Shown one piece after another: positions 1-9,584 of a stretch of DNA of 64,000 nt. Location: NCBI GenBank assembly GCA_018692315.1, contig JABHKC010000023.1, positions 5,959-69,958 on the forward strand, given 5' to 3'. The notes beneath the pieces are model-generated. The model did no database searches. It saw nothing but the letters and a program-made list of their open reading frames with translations, and was not told the DNA's origin. The DNA is from Bacteroidota bacterium (GTDB lineage: Bacteria; Bacteroidota; Bacteroidia; Bacteroidales; JABHKC01). How positions within the stretch are numbered: position 1 is the stretch's first letter; every line of letters begins with the position of its first letter. A program made the position numbers and the translations under genes.

Positions 1-874
1 ATCCTGAAATGCCTGCAATATAAGAAACAGTGCCTGTTGGGTTAACTGTTATTGAAGGTCCGGTTCCAATAGAATTCATCATAATATCGAACCATTGAAT
101 TGATGATGGTGGAATTATATCACCAGGAATAAATCTGGTACTTTCTAATTGAGCCTGCCATTGTGTTGAGTTTCTTCCGGGTGCTGTATGAGCTACTAAT
201 CCATTGAAGTTATGTACTCCCTGTGTTCCGGTTCCTCCAGCCCAGGCAAAACATGTAGGTTTATTTGTTAAATGATTATAAATCTCATTTGAAAACTCGC
301 ATAAAACTATCTGAAATTTTCCTAAAGTAGTTGTACATGAGAACATAGGACAATTATCCCAGTTTACGACAAATTTCCTGTTTGGAGTGGTTCCTGTAAC
401 ATAGTAGTAAACATAAGGACCAACACCTACAGAAGGATGCCAGTCTTCCCAAGGTCCCATTGCACAATTTTTAGGAACACTAAAGGCCTGACTTGGTATT
501 GCGGCAGATGTATATGTGGATGGTTGTCCAGGACTGAAACTTACCCACCCATTAGAACCAACCCAACATTGAGTGTAAACTTGTCCGAAAAAACAAAATT
601 CGAAAGGTAATGTAAGTGTACTTGAAACAACATCGTCCCACCATGTGCCAGGAAAAGGCACTGGTGTACCTCCATAAACTTCCGGAGCATAAGGAATTAT
701 CTCGAAAGTATAAATGTTTGTTCCATATAATGGAGCAATTGTAGCATTCAGGTTAATATTTCCTGCTCCACAAATTAAAGAATCGTTGCCTGCGAATATT
801 TGGGCTTGTATTCCATTATTGAATAAAACAAGCAAGAAAATTGCGGGGATTAATTTTAATAATCTATTTTTCAT
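1..874 (-). CDS. secreted protein, N-terminal part only (3' end lies beyond the window edge)
   Basis: Minus-strand frame is open from position 1 to an ATG at 874. It is absent from the ORF track because no stop lies in the window. N-terminus MKNRLLKLIPAIFLLVLFNNGIQAQ looks like a signal peptide, followed by a Cys/Trp/Gly-rich extracellular-type sequence. Confidence 0.6.
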   Translation of the reverse strand, partial: MKNRLLKLIPAIFLLVLFNNGIQAQIFAGNDSLICGAGNINLNATIAPLYGTNIYTFEIIPYAPEVYGGTPVPFPGTWWDDVVSSTLTLPFEFCFFGQVYTQCWVGSNGWVSFSPGQPSTYTSAAIPSQAFSVPKNCAMGPWEDWHPSVGVGPYVYYYVTGTTPNRKFVVNWDNCPMFSCTTTLGKFQIVLCEFSNEIYNHLTNKPTCFAWAGGTGTQGVHNFNGLVAHTAPGRNSTQWQAQLESTRFIPGDIIPPSSIQWFDIMMNSIGTGPSITVNPTGTVSYIAGISG

Positions 875-907
875 AATATTTTAGTTTATATAATTAAACT
901 GAAATTG

Positions 908-958
908 GAAATTAGAAATTGGTCAGTGCCTAACTTCAAATTTCCAATTTCTAATTTC
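908..958 (-). terminator. AT-rich 15-bp inverted repeat overlapping the stop codon of the 957..1349 ORF
   Basis: gaaattagaaattgg (908-922) is the exact reverse complement of ccaatttctaatttc (944-958), with a 21-nt loop. Confidence 0.3.
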
Positions 959-1349
959 ATTTTACTGTTGAAAGAAATTGGTCTAAATTATAGAGTGTAT
1001 TATTGTATTGAAATTTAGCTACTTCGAAAAACAAAAATGTTTTGTGAAGGTATGCCATATCTGCTTTAAACTTAAAAGTCAAAGAGCATTCATAATTTCC
1101 ATCTTTGTTTAAAGTCTCACTTACAGTTAACTCATATCCATTAATATGTCTTTGTGCTTTCATTTTAATAACATCAAGTTGAACTTCATCTACCTTGAGG
1201 TAAAATGATGAGAGAGCAGTTTCTCCATCCACTGATAGTACATCTTGAGTATTTTCGAAATATGCAACAATTTCATTTTTTTCTTGGGAGAAAAGGTTTG
1301 CAGAAAACAAAATCAAAAAACTTACGGTTAAAATTCCAATATTTTTCAT
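957..1349 (-). CDS. hypothetical secreted protein
   Basis: 130-aa ORF with signal-like N-terminus MKNIGILTVSFLILFSANLFSQ. No domain recognised. Confidence 0.55.
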   Translation of the reverse strand: MKNIGILTVSFLILFSANLFSQEKNEIVAYFENTQDVLSVDGETALSSFYLKVDEVQLDVIKMKAQRHINGYELTVSETLNKDGNYECSLTFKFKADMAYLHKTFLFFEVAKFQYNNTLYNLDQFLSTVK

Positions 1350-1435
1350 AATACATTATTTATTTAAAATTCAGAAAAAAGACGAAAGTAATGATTAATG
1401 GTTGTTTAACAAAAAATATTTGTTCATTTCCAATT

Positions 1436-1627
1436 TCCATAGGAATTTACCAGAAGGTTTTGTCTCTGGCAAATGTCCAAAACTTTTGCAAAAAAAATCA
1501 TATGAAAATTGCCTATTGGTAGCATGTGCTTATAATCTCATAGGGATTTTCAATTGGTAGCCCCGAATTATCATTCGGGGCAAAGAATAATGCTTGCTAA
1601 AATCCTGTAGGGATGGGCTATTGTGTA
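1436..1627. repeat. degenerate intergenic direct repeats around an 8-bp GC-rich hairpin
   Basis: The motif cc(a/t)(t/g)tagg(g/a)at occurs at 1436-1446, 1537-1547 and 1604-1614. attggtagc occurs at 1515-1523 and 1553-1561. A perfect hairpin ccccgaat/attcgggg lies at 1561-1580. Confidence 0.5.
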
Positions 1628-1667
1628 ATTTTTTTATCATTATAATGAAATGATTAATGAATTTTCT

Positions 1668-1675
1668 TAGATTTG
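1668..1675 (+). promoter_or_regulatory. candidate Bacteroidota -7 promoter box (TAGATTTG) upstream of priA
   Basis: Matches TAnnTTTG, 70 nt upstream of the ATG at 1746. Confidence 0.35.
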
Positions 1676-1745
1676 CTTAAAAAATAAATTTAAACACACA
1701 TTAAATAAGAGAATTAGAAATAAACAAAAATCCTAAACTCAGAAA

Positions 1746-4259
1746 ATGACTATTGAAAACACTATCCCATTCAATAATTCTACAAATTGTAAGTCCGATT
1801 ATGCAGATTTGATTTTGCCCGTCCCATTGCCAAGATTATTTACTTATTTCATACCTAAACAATTTCAAGGAAAAATTGAGCCCGGACATAGAGTCGTAGT
1901 ACAATTTGGGAAAAGAAAAATATACACAGCAATTGCAAAAAAAATCCATCAGACTAAACCAGAATTGTATGATACTAAGGAAATTCTCACAGTTTTGGAT
2001 GAAAACCCAATAGTAAATATTTTCCAATTGAAATTTTGGGATTGGATTTCGCAATATTATATGTGCACTCTTGGCGAAATTTACAAAGCAGCTCTACCTC
2101 TTGGGTTGAAATTGGAAAGCGAATCGAAAGTTTTAGAAAATCCTACATTCAGCAATTTTGAGGCATTAAGCGATAAAGAAAAAATAATTTTAAGAAACTT
2201 AGACAAAGATAAAGGTTTAACATTTAACAAAATAAATTCTCTGTTGAACCAAAAACAATCTATCACAAATATTAAATCTTTGCTGGAAAAAAATGCAATA
2301 TTGCTTGAAGAAAAACTAAAAAATATTTATAAACCAAAATATGAGCATTACTTAAAATTAAATCCGGAGTTTCAGGACGAAAAAAAATTGGAAGGGATTT
2401 TTAATTCCTTGAGCAAATCTCCCGCACAACTAAAAGCTCTTATGGCATTTTTACAATCTGCTCCGAGCATCGAAAAAGCAAAAGTTTCAAGTATAAAAAG
2501 AAAAGTACTTCTGCATAAATCAAACTGTAGCCAACAAATTGTAAATGAGTTAATAAAAAAGAAAATATTCTTAAACATAAAAAAAGAGATAAACCGGCTG
2601 GATTTTTCAGAAGTAGAAACAAAAGAACTTAACGAACTAAATGAAAATCAGCAGATTGCTTTAAAACAAATCAAAAAGGATTTTGACAAAAATAATGTGG
2701 TTCTACTTCATGGTGTAACTTCAAGCGGAAAGACAGAAATTTATATTCATCTGATTAGAGAATATTTACAAAAAGGGAAACAGGTTTTGTATTTGCTTCC
2801 TGAAATTGCACTTACTGCCCAAATTATCAATCGTTTAAAAAACATATTTGGAAATAAAATTGGAGTTTATCATTCAAAGTTTTCTGATTCGGAGCGAGTC
2901 GAAATTTGGAATCGCATACAAAATGTTGAAGATATAAATAGCTATCAAATTATTCTTGGGGTTAGATCATCGGTTTTTTTGCCATTCAGGAATTTAGGTT
3001 TGATAATAATTGACGAAGAACACGAAAATTCTTATAAACAATTTTCGCCAGCTCCACGCTACAATGCGCGAGATTCTGCAATAGTTCTGGCAAATTTTTT
3101 TTCAGCAAAAACATTGCTCGGAACTGCAACTCCTTCGCTCGAAACTTATGCTAATTGCATGAGCAAAAAATACTCTCTCGTTGAGTTAAAACAAAGGTAC
3201 CTTGGCATTAACCTGCCGGAAATATTTGTTGCCGACACAAAAGAAGCATATAAAAAGAAGCAAATGAAATCGCACTTCACACCAATGCTTCTCGAAAATA
3301 TTTCTGCTGCTCTAAAAAATAATGAACAAATAATTCTATTTCAAAATCGTAGAGGTTTTTCGCCATATCTGGAATGCAACTTATGTGCATGGATACCAAA
3401 ATGTAACAATTGTGATGTTAGTCTGACTTATCATAAATATAAGAATTATTTGAATTGTCACTATTGTGGAGACGTTCAGGAAAGTATAAAAGTTTGTAAA
3501 GTATGTGGTAGCAGTAGTTTGCAAACTCGAGGTTTTGGTACTGAAAAAGTAGAAGACGATATTTCGATTTTTTTCGAAAATATTAAAATCAAACGGATGG
3601 ATTTGGATTCTACACGCTCGAAAAAAGCATACGAAAAAATAATTAACGATTTCGAAAAAGGAAATATCAATATTTTGGTTGGAACTCAAATGATAACTAA
3701 AGGTTTAGATTTCGACAATGTTAGTTTGGTTGGAATTTTAAATGCCGATAATATGTTGAATTTTCCCGATTTTCGTTCGCATGAACGAAGTTATCAACTT
3801 ATGGCACAAGTAAGCGGTAGAGCTGGTCGAAAAAATAAGCAGGGAAAAGTAATAATTCAGACAGCAAGCCCGGATCACCCGATAATTCAAAATGTGGTAT
3901 CGAACAATTATTTGGCAATGTACGCAAATCAAATGTCTGAAAGGCAACAATTTAATTATCCTCCTTTTTTTCGTTTAATAAAAATTACAGTTAAACATAA
4001 AGACTTGAATGTTTTAAACCTTGCATCAAATCTTTTTGCAAGAAATATTCGTAATATATTTAAGGAAAGAGTTTTAGGACCAGAGTTTCCGGCAGTTTCA
4101 AGAATACAAAATTGGTATTTGAAAAATATTTTAATAAAACTCGAAAAAGAAAAATCGCAGCTATCAGCCAAGAGCATTTTGCAAAACGAAGCTAATTTAG
4201 TTCTTGGAATGGATGAATTTAAAAGTTTGAAAATAATTTTTGATGTTGATCCTTTTTAG
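1746..4259 (+). CDS. priA: primosomal protein N' (replication restart helicase PriA)
   Basis: 837 aa with Walker A GVTSSGKTEIY, a DEEH box and the Cys-rich zinc-binding insert CNLCAWIPKCNNCDVSLTYH..CHYCG..CKVCGS. Confidence 0.93.
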   Translation: MTIENTIPFNNSTNCKSDYADLILPVPLPRLFTYFIPKQFQGKIEPGHRVVVQFGKRKIYTAIAKKIHQTKPELYDTKEILTVLDENPIVNIFQLKFWDWISQYYMCTLGEIYKAALPLGLKLESESKVLENPTFSNFEALSDKEKIILRNLDKDKGLTFNKINSLLNQKQSITNIKSLLEKNAILLEEKLKNIYKPKYEHYLKLNPEFQDEKKLEGIFNSLSKSPAQLKALMAFLQSAPSIEKAKVSSIKRKVLLHKSNCSQQIVNELIKKKIFLNIKKEINRLDFSEVETKELNELNENQQIALKQIKKDFDKNNVVLLHGVTSSGKTEIYIHLIREYLQKGKQVLYLLPEIALTAQIINRLKNIFGNKIGVYHSKFSDSERVEIWNRIQNVEDINSYQIILGVRSSVFLPFRNLGLIIIDEEHENSYKQFSPAPRYNARDSAIVLANFFSAKTLLGTATPSLETYANCMSKKYSLVELKQRYLGINLPEIFVADTKEAYKKKQMKSHFTPMLLENISAALKNNEQIILFQNRRGFSPYLECNLCAWIPKCNNCDVSLTYHKYKNYLNCHYCGDVQESIKVCKVCGSSSLQTRGFGTEKVEDDISIFFENIKIKRMDLDSTRSKKAYEKIINDFEKGNINILVGTQMITKGLDFDNVSLVGILNADNMLNFPDFRSHERSYQLMAQVSGRAGRKNKQGKVIIQTASPDHPIIQNVVSNNYLAMYANQMSERQQFNYPPFFRLIKITVKHKDLNVLNLASNLFARNIRNIFKERVLGPEFPAVSRIQNWYLKNILIKLEKEKSQLSAKSILQNEANLVLGMDEFKSLKIIFDVDPF

Positions 4260-4295
4260 GAAATTGGCTGTTGGCTTTTTGCTCGTGGCTATGGG

Positions 4296-4784
4296 CTAAA
4301 GGCTAATCCTACTAAATATTTCAGTAGTCGAAAAACCTTCAACAAAATCAATAGTTTCAACTTTTCCACCTTTAGCTTTTAAAATATCGTAACCAACTAT
4401 ATCTTCTATTTTATAATCGCTACCTTTCACGAGTATGTCGGGCTGAACAAGTTTTATCAATTCATAAGGAGTTTGCTCATCAAACAAAATAATATTGCTA
4501 ACAAAACTCATAGCTGCAAGTATCAATGCCCTTGAGTTTTGTTCTTGAACCGGACGGTTTTCTCCTTTCAATTTTCTTACTGAATTATCTGTATTTAGAC
4601 CAATTATTAATACATCCCCCAAATCGGCAGCTTGAGCTAAATATTCGATATGTCCCCGATGAATTATATCAAAACATCCATTAGTAAAAACAATTTTTTT
4701 TTCTTTAAAACGCCAATAATTTAGTTTCGATATTAAAGTAGTTTCAGTAAGAATTTTTGCTTTAATGTTTTGAAGTTTTTGCAT
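4296..4784 (-). CDS. D-beta-D-heptose 1-phosphate adenylyltransferase-like cytidylyltransferase (RfaE domain II type)
   Basis: 162 aa. FTNGCFDIIHRGHIEYL is the nucleotidyltransferase HxGH motif. Size matches stand-alone RfaE domain II. Confidence 0.75.
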   Translation of the reverse strand: MQKLQNIKAKILTETTLISKLNYWRFKEKKIVFTNGCFDIIHRGHIEYLAQAADLGDVLIIGLNTDNSVRKLKGENRPVQEQNSRALILAAMSFVSNIILFDEQTPYELIKLVQPDILVKGSDYKIEDIVGYDILKAKGGKVETIDFVEGFSTTEIFSRISL

Positions 4785-4795
4785 TTTAGAAAAGT

Positions 4796-5806
4796 TTATT
4801 TCAAAGACTTTTTTCTCCTATTCACAAATAGCATTAAAATGGAAAAAGACCCGAGAATTATTACTAAAAATGCTTGCGATTCGTGTGTAATTATTGAGTA
4901 AACTGCACTGTCAACTTCATTAATTTCAAATAATGAAAGGCCAACTTTTACTAATTCGTGATACGAACCAATTCCGCCAGGTGTTGGAATTGTCATCCCT
5001 ATTCCTCCAAATATCAGCATAAAAATAGAGTCCACAAAATTTAATACAGAAGTTGGTTCTATTGCAAAAAACACAACATAAGTCATAAGGATATACATCA
5101 ACCAAATGAATAAAGTATGAAAAATGAACCATCTTCTTTTTCTCATATGAAAAACTGATTTGGCTCCTGTCATTACACCTTTTACAATTTCAAATATTTT
5201 TTTTATAAGTTCATATTCTCTCAACTTATTTCGATAAAAATATATTAAAAAAAGCGAGACAGTGCTCAGCGAAAATAGTATTAACCAAAAAAAGAAAAGA
5301 TTGTCAAAAACTGTTGAAATGTAATTAAAAAAGGGATCAAGTATAGTTTCAAAAATAAATTTTCCGAATAGCTCCACTTTAAAGATTATAACAAAAATCA
5401 TTAGGAGTATCAGCATTAAGAGGTCTGAGGCTCGCTCTACTATCACGGTTCCGAGAAGGGCATCGAAAGGAATTTTTTCAGTTCTGCGGAGAGTTTCGCA
5501 ACGAGTAATTTCGCCAATGCGAGGAATTGCCATGTTGGCAAAATAGCCAATTGCCATAGCGTAAAATACCGAAGTCTTTTTTGGCTTATGACCTAATGGT
5601 TCTATTAAAATATACCAACGCAAGGCGCGACTTACGTAGCCCAATAGTGCAAAAAATAGTGAAAATAAAACCCATGAATAATTTGCACTTTTAATGTCTG
5701 TCCATAATTCTTCAAAATTAATTCCTCTGAATGCTGCATAAAGCAGTCCAATAGAAATTGATAGAAAAATCAAATAGTTGAAAATTTTTAAGACTATATT
5801 TTTCAA
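4796..5806 (-). CDS. UPF0104 / lysyl-phosphatidylglycerol-synthase-TM-region family membrane protein
   Basis: 336 aa, polytopic. The segment LRWYILIEPLG...PRIGEITRC...IVERASDLL is typical of the family. Confidence 0.65.
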   Translation of the reverse strand: MKNIVLKIFNYLIFLSISIGLLYAAFRGINFEELWTDIKSANYSWVLFSLFFALLGYVSRALRWYILIEPLGHKPKKTSVFYAMAIGYFANMAIPRIGEITRCETLRRTEKIPFDALLGTVIVERASDLLMLILLMIFVIIFKVELFGKFIFETILDPFFNYISTVFDNLFFFWLILFSLSTVSLFLIYFYRNKLREYELIKKIFEIVKGVMTGAKSVFHMRKRRWFIFHTLFIWLMYILMTYVVFFAIEPTSVLNFVDSIFMLIFGGIGMTIPTPGGIGSYHELVKVGLSLFEINEVDSAVYSIITHESQAFLVIILGSFSILMLFVNRRKKSLK

Positions 5807-5809
5807 TGA

Positions 5810-6163
5810 TTATTGTATGAGTTTGTTGGTTGCTGTATCAGGGAAGACTAAGTTTGGTTTGAAGGTTTTAGCTTCTTCAAAATCCATAGAGGCATACGAA
5901 ATAATTATTATAACATCGTCAATTTCTACTTTGCGGGCAGCAGGACCATTCAAACAAATCATACCGGTATTTCTTTTGCCTTTAATTACGTAAGTGTCAA
6001 GCCGTTCGCCATTATTGATATTCACTATTTGAACTTTTTCGTTTTCAATAATATTAGCAGCCTCCATCAAATCTTCGTCAATGGTGATGCTACCTACATA
6101 TTGCAGGTTTGCTTCTGTTACACTAACTTTGTGTATTTTCGATTTTACAACTTCAATAAACAT
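5810..6163 (-). CDS. panD: aspartate 1-decarboxylase
   Basis: 117 aa: [11 protein letters not shown], self-processing site [15 protein letters not shown]. Confidence 0.92.
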   Translation of the reverse strand: MFIEVVKSKIHKVSVTEANLQYVGSITIDEDLMEAANIIENEKVQIVNINNGERLDTYVIKGKRNTGMICLNGPAARKVEIDDVIIIISYASMDFEEAKTFKPNLVFPDTATNKLIQ

Positions 6164-6224
6164 AATGCTGCAAAGTAAAATAAAAAATTATGAAGTATCA
6201 AATTAAAATTTTAGGGCTTCAATT

Positions 6225-7064
6225 CTAATAAACAATATTGTCAATAAGTCTCACATGGCCAAGAAAAACTGCAATGCACCCAACTTTATTGTTTTTTTCG
6301 TTCCAGGAATTTATCTTTTGCAAATTTAATTCATCTACAATTTCAAAATATTCGAGTTTTAGAATTGGGTTTGAATTGATTTTTCCAATTACCCATTTAT
6401 TTGTTTCTGTGGGAGAATGAGTTTTTGCAAATTCTTTCGACTCGAATAAAACTTGAGAAATTGTTACGGCATTTTTTCTTTCGGATTCTGAAAGACGTTG
6501 ATTTCTTGAACTCATTGCCAAACCATCTGTCTCTCGAACAATTGGGCAAGCATGAATTTTAACCGAAAGTTTTAAGATTTTCACCATCGCTTTTATGATT
6601 GCAAGTTGTTGAAAATCCTTTTGTCCGAAATACGAATTATCTGGCCTAACAATGTCGAAAAGACGGCTGACAACCTGAGCAACTCCATCGAAATGTCCTG
6701 CTCTGAATTTGCCTTCCATAACTTTATCCAAGTGTCCGAAATCGAATTTTTGTGTTGTAGGTTTTGGATAAATTTCTTGAACCGATGGAAAAAATAAAAT
6801 ATCAGTATTCACTTGTCTCAACAAAAGCGAATCGTTTTCAATGGTCCGTGGATATTTTTTCAAATCGTTCGGATTGTTGAATTGTGTCGGATTTACAAAA
6901 ATGCTTACTACAGTAATATTATTTTCAATTCTCGATTTTTCTATCAAAGAAAGATGGCCTTTGTGTAATGCTCCCATAGTTGGGACAAAACCTATTGTCA
7001 TTTTTCGCGCTTTCCAGAGTTTAAGTTCTGCTTGTAAATCTTTTATACTTTTGAATATTTTCAT
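6225..7064 (-). CDS. panC: pantoate--beta-alanine ligase
   Basis: GFVPTMGALHKGHLSLI signature. The track ORF starts at a TTG at 7103. The ATG at 7064 (MKIFKSIKDL...) gives the usual spacing of about 27 aa to the VPTMG motif. Confidence 0.9.
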   Translation of the reverse strand: MKIFKSIKDLQAELKLWKARKMTIGFVPTMGALHKGHLSLIEKSRIENNITVVSIFVNPTQFNNPNDLKKYPRTIENDSLLLRQVNTDILFFPSVQEIYPKPTTQKFDFGHLDKVMEGKFRAGHFDGVAQVVSRLFDIVRPDNSYFGQKDFQQLAIIKAMVKILKLSVKIHACPIVRETDGLAMSSRNQRLSESERKNAVTISQVLFESKEFAKTHSPTETNKWVIGKINSNPILKLEYFEIVDELNLQKINSWNEKNNKVGCIAVFLGHVRLIDNIVY

Positions 7065-7158
7065 TAAATTGTAAATTTGAGCTGATTTGTTGAATGCTAG
7101 CAATTCTATAGTAATTTTTCCTTATCAAGTTGTCGGGAAATATTTTATCTGTAAAAAT

Positions 7159-7671
7159 CTATTCGCATAGAAGCACTTCGAAAATGCCGTTTACAAAATT
7201 GTCATTGTCATATTTTGCATCGATGCGACCTTTCATAATATTATAAACTGTATCTATAGAAAATATCTCAATTGCTCCTTCCGAAAGTATCATATTTTCT
7301 TGCTCATCGTTGGTTATAGTTAAAGTTTGTATATTTTCATTTTCCGAAAAATTTAACTGAAGTTCGTATAATCCAGTTTTGTTCGGAATAATAAACAAAA
7401 CATCATTCCCTGTGAAAGCATAGTTGCATGGGTCTAAACTTAGATGTTCGTAAAGTGCAATGTCGAGCATTTGTTGGCTTGAGTCGTTCCGAAAAGAAAA
7501 AGCATTTCCAGACCTATATATCCATTCTCTGCCGGAAATTTCTCCAGAAAGATCCTGCGAAAGAAAATTGTATTGATTTGTACTTTCTGGATCTTTCGAG
7601 CATGAGGAGGAAATTATTACTACAAAAAAACTTAGAGTCAAGAAATAAAAAGCTCGTTTCATAAAAGTCAA
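7159..7671 (-). CDS. lipoprotein of unknown function (paralogue of 7919..8398)
   Basis: Signal peptide plus lipobox-like SSSCSKD. Shares LSGEISGREWIY, PCNYAF and GRIDAKYDNDNFVNG blocks with the neighbouring ORF. Confidence 0.6.
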   Translation of the reverse strand: MTFMKRAFYFLTLSFFVVIISSSCSKDPESTNQYNFLSQDLSGEISGREWIYRSGNAFSFRNDSSQQMLDIALYEHLSLDPCNYAFTGNDVLFIIPNKTGLYELQLNFSENENIQTLTITNDEQENMILSEGAIEIFSIDTVYNIMKGRIDAKYDNDNFVNGIFEVLLCE

Positions 7672-7918
7672 ATACGAATTAATAAATTATAAGTCAATTA
7701 ATAAAAACATTTCATAATTGATGTAGTTCATCTTATTTTGGTTGCTACTTTTTTAGATTTTCACAATTGGAAAATATGGGGACTTCTAAAAATAGTAAAT
7801 TTCAAGGCGTAAGAAATTTAAAAACCGGAGTTTACTATTGTAAATGAGGATTTTAAAATTGCGAAACAACGAAGAAATTTGCATTTTTAGAGGGTTCCAT
7901 AAGTTAATTCATAATTCA

Positions 7919-8398
7919 TTAATAACAACTTGTCAGACTGAAATTTCCGTTAACAAAATTGTCATCGTCATATTTTGCATCCATTCTTCCTGTAATAATT
8001 TTATTAGCAGTATCGATTGTTAGAATTTCAAAAGCTCCTAAAACTGTTATTAAATTTTCAGTTTCCTCGCCTTCGGCATAAAAAGTTACCAGATAATCGG
8101 CAATGTCATACAAACCAATTTCCATTGGAGTGAAAAACAATAAAGATCTGCTTGCAATATTATATGAACAGGGGCTAATAGTATCAGTTCCAAAAATTCT
8201 AAAATCGAATAGTGGCGGATGGTTGAAATCACTTATAAACACACCGCCTGTTTCGTAAGTCCAACTTTCGCCAGCTATTTGTCCGGAAAGTTCCTGGTCT
8301 TCAAAATTGTATTTGTACTCGTCGTCGTCTTTTTTACAGGAATTTAGTAAAAGTATTATGCTGAAGCTGAAAAGAAATATAATTTTTAAATTTTTCAT
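7919..8398 (-). CDS. lipoprotein of unknown function (paralogue of 7159..7671)
   Basis: Signal peptide plus LLNSCKKDD. Blocks LSGQIAGESWTY, PCSYNI and GRMDAKYDDDNFVNG are collinear with the neighbour. Confidence 0.6.
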   Translation of the reverse strand: MKNLKIIFLFSFSIILLLNSCKKDDDEYKYNFEDQELSGQIAGESWTYETGGVFISDFNHPPLFDFRIFGTDTISPCSYNIASRSLLFFTPMEIGLYDIADYLVTFYAEGEETENLITVLGAFEILTIDTANKIITGRMDAKYDDDNFVNGNFSLTSCY

Positions 8399-8467
8399 TT
8401 GCTTAGGGTTTTAGTGATTTATTTGAAATTGCCATTAAAGCAATATTAAACGTTATAAAGGCATAAT

Positions 8468-9508
8468 TTATTTATGTTTGAGTGCTAATTGTCCGCAAGC
8501 CGCATCAATGTCTTGTCCACGACTTTTTCTAATTTGAACCAACATATTTTTGCTTTCTAAATAATTTGCAAAAGCAATGGTTTTTTCTTCTGCCGATTTT
8601 TTAAAATTACTATTGTCAATTTCGTTGTATTCTATTAGATTGATTTTTACGGGAATAGCTTTACAAAGTTCGGCTAATTCTTGTGCATCATCAATATTAT
8701 TATTAAAATTTTCTAAAAGTAAATATTCAAAAGTAATTCGTTTTTTAGTTTTTTCATGAAAATATACTAATGATTCCATAAGGGTATCTATAGGGTATTT
8801 TCTATTGATAGGAATAATTTTATTTCTTTTTTCGTTGTTGGCAGTATGCAAGGAAACAGCAAGATTAAATTTTATATCATCGTCGGCTAATTTTTTTATC
8901 ATTTTCGGAATTCCAACAGTCGATAAAGTAATTCTACGTGGCGAAAATCCAAGTCCTTTTTCAGAAATAATTCTATCAAGTGAGCCTAAAGTATTCTCAT
9001 AATTTAAGAGTGGTTCACCCATACCCATAAATACTATATTCGAAAGTTTTGCATTGTAAATTTCCTCCGATTGTTTATTTATTTCAAAAACCTGGTCATA
9101 GATTTCGCCGGCAGTGAGATTTCTTTTAAATGCCATTTTTCCGGTTGCACAAAAGCTACATTTAGCATTGCAGCCAACTTGAGATGAGATGCAGGCAGTT
9201 GTGCGATTATCTGTTGGAATTAGAACGCCTTCAACATAGGTTTTATCTATAAGTCGAAAAACTGTTTTTATTGTACCATCGCTACTTTCTTGTTTTAATT
9301 CAGGAATAGCTTTATCAATAAAAAAATTTGTTTCCAACAATTCTCTTGTTGTTTTTGGAATGTTTTTCATTTCGAAAAAGGAGCCTATGGATTTTCTCCA
9401 AATCCAATCGTAAACTTGATTTATGCGAAATGTTTTTTCGTTTTCTTTTTTCAGAAATGAAACTAATTCTTCATATGAACAGTTTCGTATATTTTGTTTT
9501 GTTTTCAT
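8468..9508 (-). CDS. rlmN: 23S rRNA/tRNA (adenine-C2)-methyltransferase, radical SAM
   Basis: 346 aa with radical-SAM motif CNAKCSFCATG, a C-terminal conserved Cys (DIDAACGQL) and MGMGEPL. Confidence 0.9.
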   Translation of the reverse strand: MKTKQNIRNCSYEELVSFLKKENEKTFRINQVYDWIWRKSIGSFFEMKNIPKTTRELLETNFFIDKAIPELKQESSDGTIKTVFRLIDKTYVEGVLIPTDNRTTACISSQVGCNAKCSFCATGKMAFKRNLTAGEIYDQVFEINKQSEEIYNAKLSNIVFMGMGEPLLNYENTLGSLDRIISEKGLGFSPRRITLSTVGIPKMIKKLADDDIKFNLAVSLHTANNEKRNKIIPINRKYPIDTLMESLVYFHEKTKKRITFEYLLLENFNNNIDDAQELAELCKAIPVKINLIEYNEIDNSNFKKSAEEKTIAFANYLESKNMLVQIRKSRGQDIDAACGQLALKHK

Positions 9509-9584
9509 CGAATTTCAGTTTGAAATATGATTCTTGAATTTCAGGAATTGATTGAATTTTGTTTATATTTTATTAGTTCATCCA

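Noticed and set aside
1836-4177. Multiple 60-100-aa minus-strand ORFs inside priA. The same pattern occurs inside most large genes, for example 17995..18316, 9683..9994, 40854..41926 and 52170..52914.
   Set aside because: They are antisense or off-frame shadows within strongly supported CDSs. They have low-complexity F/L/I/S-rich translations and no independent signals.
7785-7891. Nested AT-rich inverted repeats between the two lipoprotein paralogues: tctaaaaat (7785-7793) / atttttaga (7883-7891), and aatagtaaa (7791-7799) / tttactatt (7831-7839).
   Set aside because: The arms overlap each other and consist almost entirely of A/T. Nine-mers like these are expected by chance at this base composition.
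8468-9508. Whether the RlmN-like radical-SAM enzyme is a Cfr-type resistance methyltransferase, given the RPP-like gene elsewhere in the window.
   Set aside because: It sits in a conserved housekeeping context next to PBP1A, 40 kb away from the RPP-like array. Sequence inspection alone cannot separate RlmN from Cfr, so I retained the default rlmN call.
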